64,000 nt of DNA from Thermoleophilia bacterium (GCA_040768135.1 JAXGNF010000002.1:18435-82434); one strand, 5' to 3'; positions 10,465 to 21,085 are shown, numbered from the stretch's first letter. Numbers and translations are program-made. Notes: generated by a model from the sequence alone, not told the origin.

Positions 10465-10734
10465 TTACCGGTTGGGACGCAACCTACAGCCGATCTCGCC
10501 CCTGGCCGCCTCGGCCATGGCGATGCTGAGATAGTTCTTCGAGAAGGCAGGTAGAGGCGGCGGGACGAACCCGTCGAGCCCGGTCCCTTCGCCCAAGCTA
10601 TGGTAGTAGCTGTTGATTTGTCTCGCGCGCTTCGCACACACCATGACCGCCGTGTAGCGGTTGGGCTCTTCACTTTCGTCTTGGCACGCACCGGCCAGGC
10701 CGGTCAGAATCTCATCGATGGTCGGTCTGTTCAT
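10465..10734 (-). CDS. rpoZ: RNA polymerase omega subunit
   Basis: 89 aa with the RYTAVMVCAKRARQIN motif, in the conserved gmk-rpoZ-coaBC order. Confidence 0.85.
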   Translation of the reverse strand: MNRPTIDEILTGLAGACQDESEEPNRYTAVMVCAKRARQINSYYHSLGEGTGLDGFVPPPLPAFSKNYLSIAMAEAARGEIGCRLRPNR

Positions 10735-11326
10735 CCTCTTCCCTGGTTAGCTCGATTATGGCGGCCAGCTCTTCACTCGCCTTTTTGACGCTGTCGTTCA
10801 CTATAACATGGTGGAATGGCGGTAGACCCTGTTCCACCTTTTTCTGCACGTCAGCCAATTCTTCCCTTGCCCTGGCCAAACGGCTCGATATGGCCTGTTC
10901 GCTCTCCGTCCTGCGCCCCCGTAGGCGCCGCTCCAGTTCTCCAAGAGACGGGGGGACAATGAATATCATCACCGCTTCCGGACACTGGGAAAGGATCTCT
11001 TTGGCGCCTTTCAGCTCGATCTCAAGCACTACATCACTCCCCCGCTCCAGGTGCTCCTGGACGGCCTTCGCCGGAGTCCCATAGAGATTGCCGGTGTACT
11101 CGGCCCACTCCAAAAAAAGGCCTTCGCGGATCCAGCGTTCGAACTCGTTCCTATCCAAGAAAAAGTATTCCCGCCCTTCGGCCTCCCCGGGTCGACGCGG
11201 GCGAGTAGTAGCAGACACCGACAAGGCAAGCATCGGGTCATGCTTCATGACCTGCTTGATGAGAGTGCCCTTGCCGGCTCCCGACGGGCCGGAGATGACG
11301 ATAAGCCTAGCGATAGCCGCCCCCAG
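10712..11326 (-). CDS. gmk: Guanylate kinase. The track ORF (from the ATG at 11248) lacks the P-loop. The frame stays open upstream to the mihF stop and encodes LIVISGPSGAGKGT, so the true start is a non-ATG/GTG/TTG codon (CTG at 11326 or ATC).
   Basis: Translating 11249-11338 in frame gives PSRPLGAAIARLIVISGPSGAGKGTLIKQV directly followed by MKHD; guanylate-kinase motifs lie downstream. Confidence 0.85.
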   Translation of the reverse strand: MGAAIARLIVISGPSGAGKGTLIKQVMKHDPMLALSVSATTRPRRPGEAEGREYFFLDRNEFERWIREGLFLEWAEYTGNLYGTPAKAVQEHLERGSDVVLEIELKGAKEILSQCPEAVMIFIVPPSLGELERRLRGRRTESEQAISSRLARAREELADVQKKVEQGLPPFHHVIVNDSVKKASEELAAIIELTREEDEQTDHR

Positions 11327-11338
11327 AGGACGAGAGGG

Positions 11339-11689
11339 TCAGCCGCCCAGCATGTCGAGCAGTTCCTTGCGCTGACGTGGAGTAAGACCGTTGACGGTCT
11401 TCACCGGACTTACACGGCAACGCTCAAGAACCCTGTTGGCCTTCACACGCCCGTACTTTGGCACAGCGAGTAGAAGATCTAGCACCTTGGCAGTGTGGAC
11501 ACAGGAAGGCGGATCGTTCAGAAGATCGGTTATGAAGAGCTCACCCTGACGTAGCCGCTCTTTGATACGGGCCCGCTCAGAACGGATATCGTTCGCCCTG
11601 CGGAGAGCCTCCATCCGCTGCTGCCGACTGCGCTCAGGTGTCTGGGAAGTGGTGCTGGACATTGGAATCACAGCCGCCATTATACACAC
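11339..11689 (-). CDS. mihF: Actinobacterial integration host factor mIHF (likely start at the Met of MSSTTSQ near 11662)
   Basis: Its C-terminus (LLLAVPKYGRVKANRVLERCRVSPVKTVNGLTPRQRKELLDMLG) matches mycobacterial mIHF as recalled from memory; it sits upstream of gmk as in actinobacteria. Confidence 0.8.
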   Translation of the reverse strand: MCIMAAVIPMSSTTSQTPERSRQQRMEALRRANDIRSERARIKERLRQGELFITDLLNDPPSCVHTAKVLDLLLAVPKYGRVKANRVLERCRVSPVKTVNGLTPRQRKELLDMLGG

Positions 11690-11756
11690 CCGCAGAAGGG
11701 AAGCAACTCCTATTTTGCACGTATTTCTGCGATAACCTTTAAGCTATAGTTGAGCT

Positions 11757-12716
11757 TTAGATAATCGCGTGGGCCAGCCCTCGCAGTCTCCCTAGGGTCA
11801 GCTCTCGGCTCTCCAAGAACGCCTCCAGACCGACCGACAGGGTCCGGGGAAGACGTGGGTCCAGAAAGGCCGCGGACCCCACCGCCACGACCGTCGCCCC
11901 ACAGGAGATGAAAGCGACCACGTCTTCCACGGTGGAAACCCCGCCCATGCCTATGATAGGGATGTCCACGCTCGCGAAAAGCTCGTACACTGCGCGTAGA
12001 GCAAGTGGTTTGATAGCGGGACCGGAAAGTCCCCCCATCACGTTGCCCAGATAAGGTCGTAGGGTCTCACGATCGATGACAAGACCCTTGTATGTGTTGA
12101 CCGCCGCCAAAACGTCTGCTCCGGCGGCGGCTGCGGCCCGACCGATCTCGGTGATATCGGTGACATTGGGAGTGAGCTTGGCAACGAGAAGCGCCGGCCA
12201 GGCCGACCGCACCGCCTCGACCACAGCGGCGGTTTCGCTCGCGTCGGCGCCAATCGACGCGCACCCTGAGTGGACATTCGGACAGGAGATATTGAGCTCA
12301 AGGCCCGCCCGAGTGCTCCAATCAGTCCGCGGAGCGTGCCCGTCCAAGGCTTCTCGTAGCGCCTCGGCTAGGAGGACGTATTCCTGCCGCGAGAACCCGC
12401 CCACACTGATGATGACCGGACAGGGGAGCGCCAGGAGTCGAGGAAGCTCCTGCTCGACGAAAGCCTGTATCCCCCGACCAGGTAATCCGATAGCGTTGAT
12501 CATGCCGCTCGCCGTCTCTAGGATCCGAGGGGCCGCGTTGCCGGTCCTAGCTTCCAGCGTCACGGTCTTCGGAACGTAGGCGGCCACCGGAGGATCGGAA
12601 AGTATGTCCGGCCCGAGGGCCGTAGCTACATCAAACAACTCCATAGTTCCCGAGGCGTTTATCAAGGGATGTTCTAGGCGCAGAGGGCCAAGTTGAACCG
12701 AGAGATCAGGCACCAA
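11757..12716 (-). CDS. pyrD: Dihydroorotate dehydrogenase 1B catalytic subunit (start at TTG 12716 or GTG 12713, overlapping the pyrK stop in a GTGCCTGA arrangement)
   Basis: The LEHPLINASG, GLPGRG and NISCPN motifs of class 1 DHODH. Confidence 0.85.
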   Translation of the reverse strand: MVPDLSVQLGPLRLEHPLINASGTMELFDVATALGPDILSDPPVAAYVPKTVTLEARTGNAAPRILETASGMINAIGLPGRGIQAFVEQELPRLLALPCPVIISVGGFSRQEYVLLAEALREALDGHAPRTDWSTRAGLELNISCPNVHSGCASIGADASETAAVVEAVRSAWPALLVAKLTPNVTDITEIGRAAAAAGADVLAAVNTYKGLVIDRETLRPYLGNVMGGLSGPAIKPLALRAVYELFASVDIPIIGMGGVSTVEDVVAFISCGATVVAVGSAAFLDPRLPRTLSVGLEAFLESRELTLGRLRGLAHAII

Positions 12717-13644
12717 AAACCTCCCTCCCCAAAAAAACGGGGCCGTCGTGGCACACGCGCGCGCTCGTTCCGTCGGCCAGTCCAATCAGGCAGCCGTGGC
12801 AGGATCCCACTCCACATGCCATCTTCCCTTCCAGGCTGAACCACGCACGAACACCCCCTACTGCAGAACAGACCCCCCAAACCGCCGCCAACATGGCATC
12901 GGGTCCGCACACCGCCAGCCGGTCCCCAGGCCGCAGATGACGGGCAAGAAGATCGGACGCCTTCACGGCCGGACCCCGCGACCCGTCTTCCACAGCCACC
13001 TCCAACCGGCAATGCACCCCTCCTCCCTCCATCCGAGCAGCGGCCTCTTTGACCGGAGCAGCGCAGCCGGCCTGCGCATCGTTGCGAAAACCAAGGAGTA
13101 CTAAGACCTCGGAGACAACCCCACCGGGACCTCGGAACCGGCCTACCTTCGACGCAGACGACAGGGTCCGATAGCGTTCCCGCATACGATCTAGCAGCAG
13201 GGGGAAAGGGGCCACGCCGGCCCCTCCGGCCACTAAGACGGCCCTCTCCGGGCTCATAACCAGGGCGTCAACGTCGAATCCTTTGCCAAGCGGACCCAAG
13301 ACCCAGAGGCGGTCACCACTCCGGAGCGCACAGAGTTCCCGGGTAGCGTCTCCTATCGGAGCGATGAAGAACGATATCTCCTCCCCTCTTTGTCCCGACA
13401 CTGAGATAGCACGGGCGAGAAAACTCTGAGAGTGCTCAGCCTGCAGCATCGCAAACCGACCCGGCGCGACCTCTGATATGCCGGGAATGACCACAGTCAA
13501 TCGGAACATAGTCCCCAAAGGCTCGTTGGCCTTCACTTCGGCAAGGACGCGCCGGGCCCCCGGTGGGTGACCGGCCGGACGACTCTCAGACCGGTGGTGA
13601 TGACCGCCACCGCAAGAAGCATCGATCGAGGGCCGATCGTTCAC
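12706..13644 (-). CDS. pyrK: Dihydroorotate dehydrogenase electron-transfer subunit PyrK (the true start is probably internal, near 13548)
   Basis: A ferredoxin-reductase-like fold followed by the C-terminal [2Fe-2S] cluster motif CGVGSCHGC. Confidence 0.8.
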   Translation of the reverse strand: MNDRPSIDASCGGGHHHRSESRPAGHPPGARRVLAEVKANEPLGTMFRLTVVIPGISEVAPGRFAMLQAEHSQSFLARAISVSGQRGEEISFFIAPIGDATRELCALRSGDRLWVLGPLGKGFDVDALVMSPERAVLVAGGAGVAPFPLLLDRMRERYRTLSSASKVGRFRGPGGVVSEVLVLLGFRNDAQAGCAAPVKEAAARMEGGGVHCRLEVAVEDGSRGPAVKASDLLARHLRPGDRLAVCGPDAMLAAVWGVCSAVGGVRAWFSLEGKMACGVGSCHGCLIGLADGTSARVCHDGPVFLGREVFGA

Positions 13645-16600
13645 TCCGCCGCTCCCAAGACGGCATCGGCAGCGCCGTCATCGCCCTGCAACAAGCGACC
13701 ATGTAGGTCTTGGAGGCAGGTCACCGTCACGGTGCGGTTCCGGCGGGCCGCGGCAATGGCCTGGACGGCCGCATGGGCGGCGGCCGCGCTGGTCATGGTC
13801 GGGACACCGCGTCTGAGGGCGGCTCTGCGGATCTCATAACCATCGGCCCGCGCCCCCCGGCCTCGGGGGATATTGATGACCAGATCGATCTCGCCCGCCT
13901 CGATGAGATCGACGATGGTGGCAAAGGGGTCGACATCCGTGGAGACCCGTTTATCCACCGCCGGTGACTCCTCGGCGGCACCCCAGGGACCGGACTCCTC
14001 AGTTCCTGAAGACGCGCCCTCAGCGTTGGACCCAGCCCTGGCGATCGCAGCAGCACGCAGGGCCACTCCTTCAGTGTGTTTGAGAACCGCCTCGGAACTG
14101 ATGCCGTTCAACGTGAGGGCCCGATGCGTACCCGCCGTGGCCAAGATACGAAAGCCCAAAGTACTGAGCACCAGGGCCATGAGGATGGCGGCATCCTTGT
14201 CGGCGTCGGCGATGGACATGAAGATCGCGCCCTCCTCAGGGAGCCGGTCGCCGGCGGCAAGTGAGGCTTTGGCGAAGGCGTCCGGAAAACTGGCGCCCAC
14301 GCCCATCACTTCGCCGGTGGATTTCATCTCCGGACCCAGAGTGGTATCCACTCCAGGGAATCGCGCAAAAGGCAGGACCGCCTCCTTCACGGCTACGTGC
14401 TGGAGGTCGCGCCGGCAGGGGATCCTGCCGGCGCGCAGAGATCCCTCCCAGCCCGGCAATCCCAGATCGCGCAGCTTCTGCCCGACAATGACCCGAGTGG
14501 CGATGCGGGCCAACGATACCCCGGTCGCCTTGCTGACAAAGGGTACTGTACGGCTGCTGCGTGGGTTGACCTCCAGGACGTAGATGCTCGCCCCGCCGTG
14601 GTCGCTCTGCTGTACCGCGTACTGCACATTCATGAGGCCTATCACACCGAGCTCCCGGGCCAACGCCGCCGTCTGGTCCTCGATGCGTCGCACCACTTCG
14701 TCGCCTATAGAGACGGGCGGGATCACACAAGCGGAGTCACCGGAGTGCACCCCGGCCTCCTCTACGTGCTGCATGACGGCGCCGATGTATACGTCCTCGC
14801 CGTCGCAGAGAGCGTCGACGTCTATCTCGGTAGCGTGCTCAAGAAAACGGTCGATGAGGACCGGGTGGCGGGGAGAGGCCTTCACGGCGGTGGTCAGGTA
14901 ATGCTGTAGACCCTCCTCGTCATAAACGATCTCCATGGCCCGTCCGCCCAGCACGTAAGAGGGGCGCACCAACACCGGGTAGCCGATGCGCTCAGCCACT
15001 GCCAACGCCTCATCCGCGTTCCGGACCGTGCCGTACGGAGGCGCCTTGAGGCCCAATCGTTCGAGCACGGCACCGAAGTGCTCCCGGTCTTCGGCCAGAT
15101 CGATCGCCTCCTGCGAGGTACCCAGGATGGGCACCCCGGCCGCGGCCAGCCGCTCAGCGATCTTGAGCGGGGTCTGGCCGCCAAACTGCACCACCACGCC
15201 TTTGGGGTTCTCGCTTTCGATGATGTTAAGCACATCCTCGAAAGTAAGCGGCTCGAAGTAGAGACGGTCGGACGTGTCGTAGTCGGTCGACACCGTTTCG
15301 GGGTTGCAGTTGACCATGATGGCCTCGTATCCAAGCTCACGCAACTCCTGGACCGCGTGTACGCAACAGTAGTCGAACTCGATACCCTGTCCGATGCGAT
15401 TGGGTCCACTCCCCAGGATGATCACCGACTCCCGGCCCGATCTAGATAGCGTTTTCTTCTCTTTTTCGTAAGTGGAGTAGAAGTAGGGCGTGTAGGCTTC
15501 GACCTGAGTCGCACAGGCGTCCACAGCCCGATAGACAGGAACGACCCCGTCGGCCTTTCGGCGCGTCCGGACCTCAGCCTCAGACGTGCCTAAGAACTTC
15601 GCGATGTATGGGTCGCTGAACCCCAGTCGCTTCGCGCGCCATAAGTCCTCTGTGGGCAGCGTGGAGAGACCCCCTCTTGGATAGAACGACCGGAGATGCT
15701 CCTCGGCTTCGACGATCTCCCACAGTTCTCTGAGGAACCATTTATCGATCAGAGTGACGGCGAAGATGGCTTCCAAAGTGACGTTCCGTCGATAGGCTTC
15801 GAGGATGAGATCGTAGCGTTCGGCCGAAGGGGTCGCGATCATCGCCACCAGCGCGCCGTTGTCGACCGGGAAGTCCGGCGCCACGTCGAGCTCGCGAGAA
15901 CGCATGGACTTCTGAAAGGCCTCCTTGAAGGTGCTCCCGAGGGCCATGTTCTCCCCCACGCTCTTCATGTGCGTGGTAAGACGGGCGTCGGCTAAGGGGA
16001 ACTTCTCGAACGCCCAGCGTGGGGTCTTCACTGCTACATGGTCTATGGTGAGCTCGGAACAACCCACAGCCGCCGATAGAGGGCTGCTTATGAGCTCGTC
16101 CAGAGTGTAGCCCACGGCCAGCTTGGCTGCGATCTTAGCGATGGGGAATCCGGTGGCTTTGGAGGCGAGGGCCGAAGAGCGACTGACACGCGGGTTCATC
16201 TCGATGACCACCAGTTCGTCAGTGTCAGGAGAGTACGCGAACTGGATATTGCAGCCCCCACTCTCCAATCCGATGGCCCGAACAATGGCAGGCGCAGCCT
16301 CACGCAGACGTCGGTATTGGGCGTCGGAAAGCGTCTGCTGAGGGGCGACGGTGATGGAATCCCCGGTGTGGACCCCCATGGGATCGATGTTCTCGATGGA
16401 ACAGACGATCACCACGTTGTCCTTTGAGTCCCGCATGACTTCTAGCTCGAACTCCTTCCAGCCGATGACGCTCTCTTCGAGCAGTACCTGGTGTGTCGGT
16501 GAAGCGTCGAGCCCGGCCTGGACCACATCCTCGAACTCTTGGTCGGTATTGGCCACACCTCCTCCATGGCCGCCCAAAGTGAAACTGGGCCGGATGATGA

Positions 16601-17135
16601 GCGGCAGCCGGAGCAGTCCGTCGGAGCCGCCGTTCTGGTGTTCCCCGGAGCTTCCGGCTAGAGCCGCCCGCGCCTCGGCCACACTGTTCACAACAGCGCT
16701 TTCCGGCACCCGCAGGCCGATAGAAGCAATGGCGGCTCGGAACTCATCACGGGCCTCAGCCCGGCGGATCGTGGCATAGTCGGCGCCGATGAGCTCGACT
16801 CCGTATTCATGAAGGGTACCGTCCTCCGTGAGCGCCACCGCCAGATTGAGAGCGGTCTGACCACCTAGGGTGGGAAGCAGAGCGTCGGGTCGCTCGTCGG
16901 CGATGACCCTGGCCACCACCTCGGGCACCAGGGGTTCGATGTAGGTGCGGTGGGAGAGCAACGGGTCGGTCATGATGGTGGCCGGGTTGGAATTCACCAG
17001 CACTACCTCGAAGCCCTCGTCCATCAGCACTTTGCAGGCCTGAGTACCTGAGTAGTCAAACTCACAAGCCTGACCGATGACGATGGGGCCCGAACCGAGC
17101 AGGAGGATCTTTTGGATGTCGGTACGCCGCGGCAT
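13641..17135 (-). CDS. carB: Carbamoyl-phosphate synthase large subunit
   Basis: 1164 aa; the N-terminus [23 protein letters not shown], duplicated ATP-grasp halves and a C-terminal MGS-like domain are all present. No carA is adjacent. Confidence 0.9.
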   Translation of the reverse strand: MPRRTDIQKILLLGSGPIVIGQACEFDYSGTQACKVLMDEGFEVVLVNSNPATIMTDPLLSHRTYIEPLVPEVVARVIADERPDALLPTLGGQTALNLAVALTEDGTLHEYGVELIGADYATIRRAEARDEFRAAIASIGLRVPESAVVNSVAEARAALAGSSGEHQNGGSDGLLRLPLIIRPSFTLGGHGGGVANTDQEFEDVVQAGLDASPTHQVLLEESVIGWKEFELEVMRDSKDNVVIVCSIENIDPMGVHTGDSITVAPQQTLSDAQYRRLREAAPAIVRAIGLESGGCNIQFAYSPDTDELVVIEMNPRVSRSSALASKATGFPIAKIAAKLAVGYTLDELISSPLSAAVGCSELTIDHVAVKTPRWAFEKFPLADARLTTHMKSVGENMALGSTFKEAFQKSMRSRELDVAPDFPVDNGALVAMIATPSAERYDLILEAYRRNVTLEAIFAVTLIDKWFLRELWEIVEAEEHLRSFYPRGGLSTLPTEDLWRAKRLGFSDPYIAKFLGTSEAEVRTRRKADGVVPVYRAVDACATQVEAYTPYFYSTYEKEKKTLSRSGRESVIILGSGPNRIGQGIEFDYCCVHAVQELRELGYEAIMVNCNPETVSTDYDTSDRLYFEPLTFEDVLNIIESENPKGVVVQFGGQTPLKIAERLAAAGVPILGTSQEAIDLAEDREHFGAVLERLGLKAPPYGTVRNADEALAVAERIGYPVLVRPSYVLGGRAMEIVYDEEGLQHYLTTAVKASPRHPVLIDRFLEHATEIDVDALCDGEDVYIGAVMQHVEEAGVHSGDSACVIPPVSIGDEVVRRIEDQTAALARELGVIGLMNVQYAVQQSDHGGASIYVLEVNPRSSRTVPFVSKATGVSLARIATRVIVGQKLRDLGLPGWEGSLRAGRIPCRRDLQHVAVKEAVLPFARFPGVDTTLGPEMKSTGEVMGVGASFPDAFAKASLAAGDRLPEEGAIFMSIADADKDAAILMALVLSTLGFRILATAGTHRALTLNGISSEAVLKHTEGVALRAAAIARAGSNAEGASSGTEESGPWGAAEESPAVDKRVSTDVDPFATIVDLIEAGEIDLVINIPRGRGARADGYEIRRAALRRGVPTMTSAAAAHAAVQAIAAARRNRTVTVTCLQDLHGRLLQGDDGAADAVLGAAE

Positions 17136-17137
17136 GA

Positions 17138-17296
17138 CTAGCGACCGGCCTTGTGGACGCCGTCATCGGTGCTTCCCTGCGGCCGGCGCGCCGAGACTAG
17201 CGGCGGTGGCTCAAAGCACAAGGGAACAAGAGGGGGCATGAATTGGATGATCCATAGACGGGGGCAGCCTGAAACGGCGGACGGGCGCGTGCTCAT
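17138..17296 (-). CDS. Candidate 52-codon upstream ORF ([52 protein letters not shown]) in the carB leader. Its TAG stop lies 2 nt before the carB ATG.
   Basis: An ATG at 17296 sits 9 nt downstream of an AGGAG that forms part of the PyrR motif; the stop is at 17138-17140; the ORF is absent from the track because it is under 60 aa. Confidence 0.3.
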   Translation of the reverse strand: MSTRPSAVSGCPRLWIIQFMPPLVPLCFEPPPLVSARRPQGSTDDGVHKAGR

Positions 17297-17307
17297 GCCT
17301 GGCGTCT

Positions 17308-17337
17308 CCTTTCGGCCTCACAGGGCTCGATTAAAGG
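17308..17337 (-). promoter_or_regulatory. PyrR-binding RNA motif (mRNA sense CCUUUAAUCGAGCCCUGUGAGGCCGAAAGG) in the carB leader
   Basis: It matches the PyrR binding-loop consensus (UUUAA, then a UCCNGNGAGG-like loop, then GAAAGG) and is near-identical to the motifs upstream of pyrB and pyrC in this window. Confidence 0.6.
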
Positions 17338-17585
17338 TCGATCAATTGTACGTTATGAACGGCCCTCCTGGGAAGCGACGGGTGAAGAAGACCAAATCGG
17401 TCATCTATTTGTGGAGTCTTGGTCTTGGTTCACTCTCGTGACGGTCAGAACGCTTCTCACTGGGAACGACATGGATTCCATTGTCGGCAAACGGTCCGAT
17501 CGCGGCCTGGCCTCCGCACTCTCAGCCGGTCGCAGGGTCTATCCAACCCACCTCGATTCCCCCACGCCTCTCGCCTCGGCCACCA

Positions 17586-18296
17586 TCAGATAGCGACCGA
17601 ATAGACCCTGCCGGGCTCAAGGCGCGCTTCGACCAAGCCGGCGATGCGCTCAGCCACCGCAGCCGGAGAAGCCAGTCGACCCTCCCGGTGAAGACGGATA
17701 AAACGCTCCACCGTGGGGAAGTCCCCGACGTCTGCACTACGCACTGAATCCTGCATCGCCGTATCCATGACTCCCGGGCTGATGCTGATGGCGCGGATGG
17801 GATGAGGCCGCAACGCCTGCTCAAGCGCCACCGCCCTGATGTAGTTCTCCATGGCGGCCTTGCAGGCACAATAGAGAGACCAACCAGCCAATCCGGTCGT
17901 CGCCGCGCCACTAGAGATATTGACCAGCGTCTTCGGACAGGCATGGTCCTGAAAAGCCGCCACCACAGTCCGGGCGAAAAGAACGGCCGATGTCACACCA
18001 ACATGGATATGGGCCACGATGTCCAAAGGCGACGAACGTTCGACCGGTCCCACCGGACCGAGCATCGCGGCATTACTAACCGCCACCACTTCTGAGAGAC
18101 TTAGGTCGCCCAGTGGGACGATCGTCTTTTCGAAGACCTCGACCGCGCGCCCCGGGTCAGAGAGATCGACGTGGACACTGAAGGGGTGAGGAGCGGTCCG
18201 AGAGAACTCCACAACCTGTCGGCCTGCCCCCGCGTACATTTCACAGAGAGCCGCGCCTAACCCACGAGACCCGCCCGTGACAATGACCAACTTCAC
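17586..18296 (-). CDS. Classical short-chain dehydrogenase/reductase (SDR)
   Basis: 236 aa with the TGGSRGLG cofactor motif and a YxxxK catalytic region. Confidence 0.8.
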   Translation of the reverse strand: MKLVIVTGGSRGLGAALCEMYAGAGRQVVEFSRTAPHPFSVHVDLSDPGRAVEVFEKTIVPLGDLSLSEVVAVSNAAMLGPVGPVERSSPLDIVAHIHVGVTSAVLFARTVVAAFQDHACPKTLVNISSGAATTGLAGWSLYCACKAAMENYIRAVALEQALRPHPIRAISISPGVMDTAMQDSVRSADVGDFPTVERFIRLHREGRLASPAAVAERIAGLVEARLEPGRVYSVAI

Positions 18297-18323
18297 GCCT
18301 GCATCCCCCCAGCCGTCCTCTTA

Positions 18324-19244
18324 TCACGCAATTCGGCCCAACCGGTCCCCCACTTTGATGCCGGCCTCCGCCACAAATTCCGCTGCGCTCACCTTCGCGC
18401 TGCCGGCCGGTTGCACCCGCTTCACGAAGATGCTGCCCCCGGCGGCGGCGACCAAGAACCCTTCAGACGACACCTCCGTGATGGTGCCCGGTCTCTCCGG
18501 CCCACTGACCCCCCACTTCTCGCAATCGAAGATCTTGAGCTGCTGACTGCCCCAGATCGTGGCCGCCCCGGGGGACGGATTGCACCCGCGGATCACGTTG
18601 TAGACCACGCCGACCGGATACATCCAATCGATGTTCATAGCGTTACAGATGGGCTCGTACTCCCCTTGGCTGAGATCTTGGACGATCTTCGGGGCCCGGC
18701 CCTCTTCGACCAAGCGGACCGACTCCACGAGGGCCTCGACCCCCAGCGGGAACAACTTGCCGAAATACAGGCTCCCCAAAGTATCGCCGAACTCGATATC
18801 GACCTCCTTCTGCAGAAGAATCGGTCCCGTGTCTAGGCCTTCATCGGGCCAGAAGATGGAGAGCCCTGTCTTGGTCTCACCGTTAATAATCGCCCAGTTC
18901 ATGGCACTGGCTCCCCGGTGGCGGGGCAACAGTGAGGGGTGATACTGGATCGTCCCCAACCGCGGGTGGTTAAGGATAGAAAGCGGGACGATATCGGTAA
19001 CGAAGGCCATGACATTGAGATCGGCGTCGAAGGTCGCGTATTCCTCGAACACTTCGGGGTCCCTCATCCGAGCCGGTTGCCGCACAGGTATACCTTTTGC
19101 CTCAGCGGACTCGCGGAAGGGATTGCCCCTGCCGGGGGCCGCGTCCGGCGGTGCGTAGACCACCACTATCTCTTGCCCAGCGTCGAGAAGGGCTTCAAGG
19201 ACCTTTTCTCCGAAAGCCGCCTGGCCGATAAGCGCGATCTTCAT
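18324..19244 (-). CDS. Methionyl-tRNA formyltransferase-like paralog (formyltransferase N-domain plus an Fmt-type C-domain). It reads YHPSLLP where Fmt has NVHASLLP.
   Basis: 306 aa with strong similarity to the Fmt architecture, recalled from memory; def and the canonical fmt context are absent. Confidence 0.75.
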   Translation of the reverse strand: MKIALIGQAAFGEKVLEALLDAGQEIVVVYAPPDAAPGRGNPFRESAEAKGIPVRQPARMRDPEVFEEYATFDADLNVMAFVTDIVPLSILNHPRLGTIQYHPSLLPRHRGASAMNWAIINGETKTGLSIFWPDEGLDTGPILLQKEVDIEFGDTLGSLYFGKLFPLGVEALVESVRLVEEGRAPKIVQDLSQGEYEPICNAMNIDWMYPVGVVYNVIRGCNPSPGAATIWGSQQLKIFDCEKWGVSGPERPGTITEVSSEGFLVAAAGGSIFVKRVQPAGSAKVSAAEFVAEAGIKVGDRLGRIA

Positions 19245-19437
19245 ACCTTGCTCCTGTCGTCATCGAAAGATCCGTCCGTTGCTCTGAACGTCCCCGGGGT
19301 CGCTCAGTCTGCTCGGGAGATTCTAACCCCTGGACGCCCCCGGATTCGAACAACCCTGTACACCGCTGAAGGACATTCGGGGGAGCGACCGGCCTGAGGG
19401 CTACGTGACAGCGGGCTGCCGGAGGACCCGCATACCG

Positions 19438-20442
19438 CTACCACGGCGACCGATAGAACGCCGAAGGCCAAAACTCGACGCCCTCGAACTCAGCTGCTAT
19501 CACAGTGCCTGCCCGTCCTTCTACGACAGCCACCGCGTCTTGTAAAGCTCCGATACAGGCACGACCCCCCGTAGCTCGAACAAAGTCACACGCAGCCTCG
19601 ATTTTCGGCCCCATCGACCCGGGGGCGAAGTGGAGCCTTTCCAGGGTTTCGGGCGCTGCCCGCCTGATGGCTCGGGCCTCGACCGTCCCCCAATCGTCCC
19701 AAACAGCCTCGACATCGGTCAGCATCAGAAACATCTCGGCACCCAACGACTTCGCCAGGAGGGCTCCGGCATAGTCCTTGTCGATGACTGCCTCCACCCC
19801 GGTGCATACCCCCTCAGTCGACATCACTGTGGGCACCCCCCCTCCACCAAGGCAGATCACCACCACCCCGCGTTCGACCAGCCGGTCGACCACCGTCACT
19901 TGCAGTATGCGTTTCGGCTTAGGTGAGGGCACCAGTCTGCGGTACATGTCGTTGTCAGGCCCCACGGTCCAACCCCGCTCACAGGCTAAGCGCTCAGCCT
20001 CCTCCCGAGAGTATTGTGGCCCTATGGGTTTGGTCGGGTTCTGAAAGGCAGGATCAGCGGGATCAACCTCTACCAGACTGAGAATGGTAGCCAGGGGAAC
20101 GTCTCCAGACAGAACGTTACCCAGCTCTTGTTCGATCATGTAGCCAATCATGCCCCCCGATTCGGCGTTCAGAATGTCCAGAGTGAACGGTTCTCCGCCG
20201 TCATAGGCCGCCGCCTCCAGAGCCAGGAGGCCCACTTGAGGCCCATTGCCGTGGGTGATCACCAGACTGTGGCGACGTACAAGCGGTGCCAGAGCGCGTA
20301 CTGCGATCTTGACATTCTCACGTTGGTTCTGCGCGGTCAGGGCCTGGCCGCGTCTGAGAAGAGCATTGCCGCCAAGAGCGGCCACTATCCTCATCGCACC
20401 GGCTCCATCGTGTCCCATCGCGCCTTGTGTGTCACGCCCCAT
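19438..20442 (-). CDS. arcC: Carbamate kinase (likely start at the Met of [10 protein letters not shown] near 20394)
   Basis: [13 protein letters not shown] and the C-terminal carbamate-kinase motifs; arcA and arcB are not adjacent. Confidence 0.85.
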   Translation of the reverse strand: MGRDTQGAMGHDGAGAMRIVAALGGNALLRRGQALTAQNQRENVKIAVRALAPLVRRHSLVITHGNGPQVGLLALEAAAYDGGEPFTLDILNAESGGMIGYMIEQELGNVLSGDVPLATILSLVEVDPADPAFQNPTKPIGPQYSREEAERLACERGWTVGPDNDMYRRLVPSPKPKRILQVTVVDRLVERGVVVICLGGGGVPTVMSTEGVCTGVEAVIDKDYAGALLAKSLGAEMFLMLTDVEAVWDDWGTVEARAIRRAAPETLERLHFAPGSMGPKIEAACDFVRATGGRACIGALQDAVAVVEGRAGTVIAAEFEGVEFWPSAFYRSPW

Positions 20443-20483
20443 CCCACCGTGTGCGTCATGCTCAGACAGGGTTCTGCCGCCCT

Positions 20484-21032
20484 TCAGCTCACGCCCGCCG
20501 TACGAAGCGCGGACAGCAGTTGTTCGGGCGACTGGGTACCGATGAGGACACGCCGACCGTCTTTCAAGACCAGTTGGACCCCCTGGTTACCAGAGGCATT
20601 GTACGCTTTGCCGGAATGCCGGCTAACGCGTATCCCCCAGCCTCCATACTCACGCATAGGAGAGTATTCGCGCCATTCGGCACTTGCGACCTGGGCCAGA
20701 TCGATAACCGCCGGACGAAACGGGTAGAGCCTCACTGACAGCTCACCCGGCCTAATCTCGGTGATCATGCGAACCGTGACCGCAAAGATCGGGAAACCCA
20801 GGCCAAAGACGATGGTCAACACCCAGGCCAACCAATCCGGCGCCGGATTATTTCCTACCGGCCGGCCAAACAAGATTTGTTGCACGAACTGCCACCAGAC
20901 GATCCCAGTAACGATGGCGATGGGAACGTAGAAGAACCAGTGTTTGAACCGTTGGACCTCTCTGAAAAGCGGCGGTATGGCGCCGGTGACGCCACTGCTG
21001 AGACCCCCGCTTCCACTCATTCCGCCCACCAT
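20484..21032 (-). CDS. Membrane protein with two N-terminal TM helices and a C-terminal PH-like soluble domain; function unknown
   Basis: Hydrophobic segments followed by a roughly 90-aa soluble domain; no confident family assignment. Confidence 0.5.
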   Translation of the reverse strand: MVGGMSGSGGLSSGVTGAIPPLFREVQRFKHWFFYVPIAIVTGIVWWQFVQQILFGRPVGNNPAPDWLAWVLTIVFGLGFPIFAVTVRMITEIRPGELSVRLYPFRPAVIDLAQVASAEWREYSPMREYGGWGIRVSRHSGKAYNASGNQGVQLVLKDGRRVLIGTQSPEQLLSALRTAGVS

Positions 21033-21085
21033 ACCCGTCTCCCGACGTATCCGTGCCGGCGGCTACCATAGTACACTAAGCGCCA

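Noticed and set aside
19330-19365. tRNA-like signature: GGATTCGAAC (reverse complement of the T-loop GTTCGAATCC) between the fmt-like gene and carbamate kinase
   Set aside because: No cloverleaf could be folded on either strand. The would-be T-stem (GGTTG/CCGGG) does not pair, there is no D-arm, and no complementary acceptor strand. It is at most a decayed tRNA 3-prime remnant, so it was not called as a tRNA.
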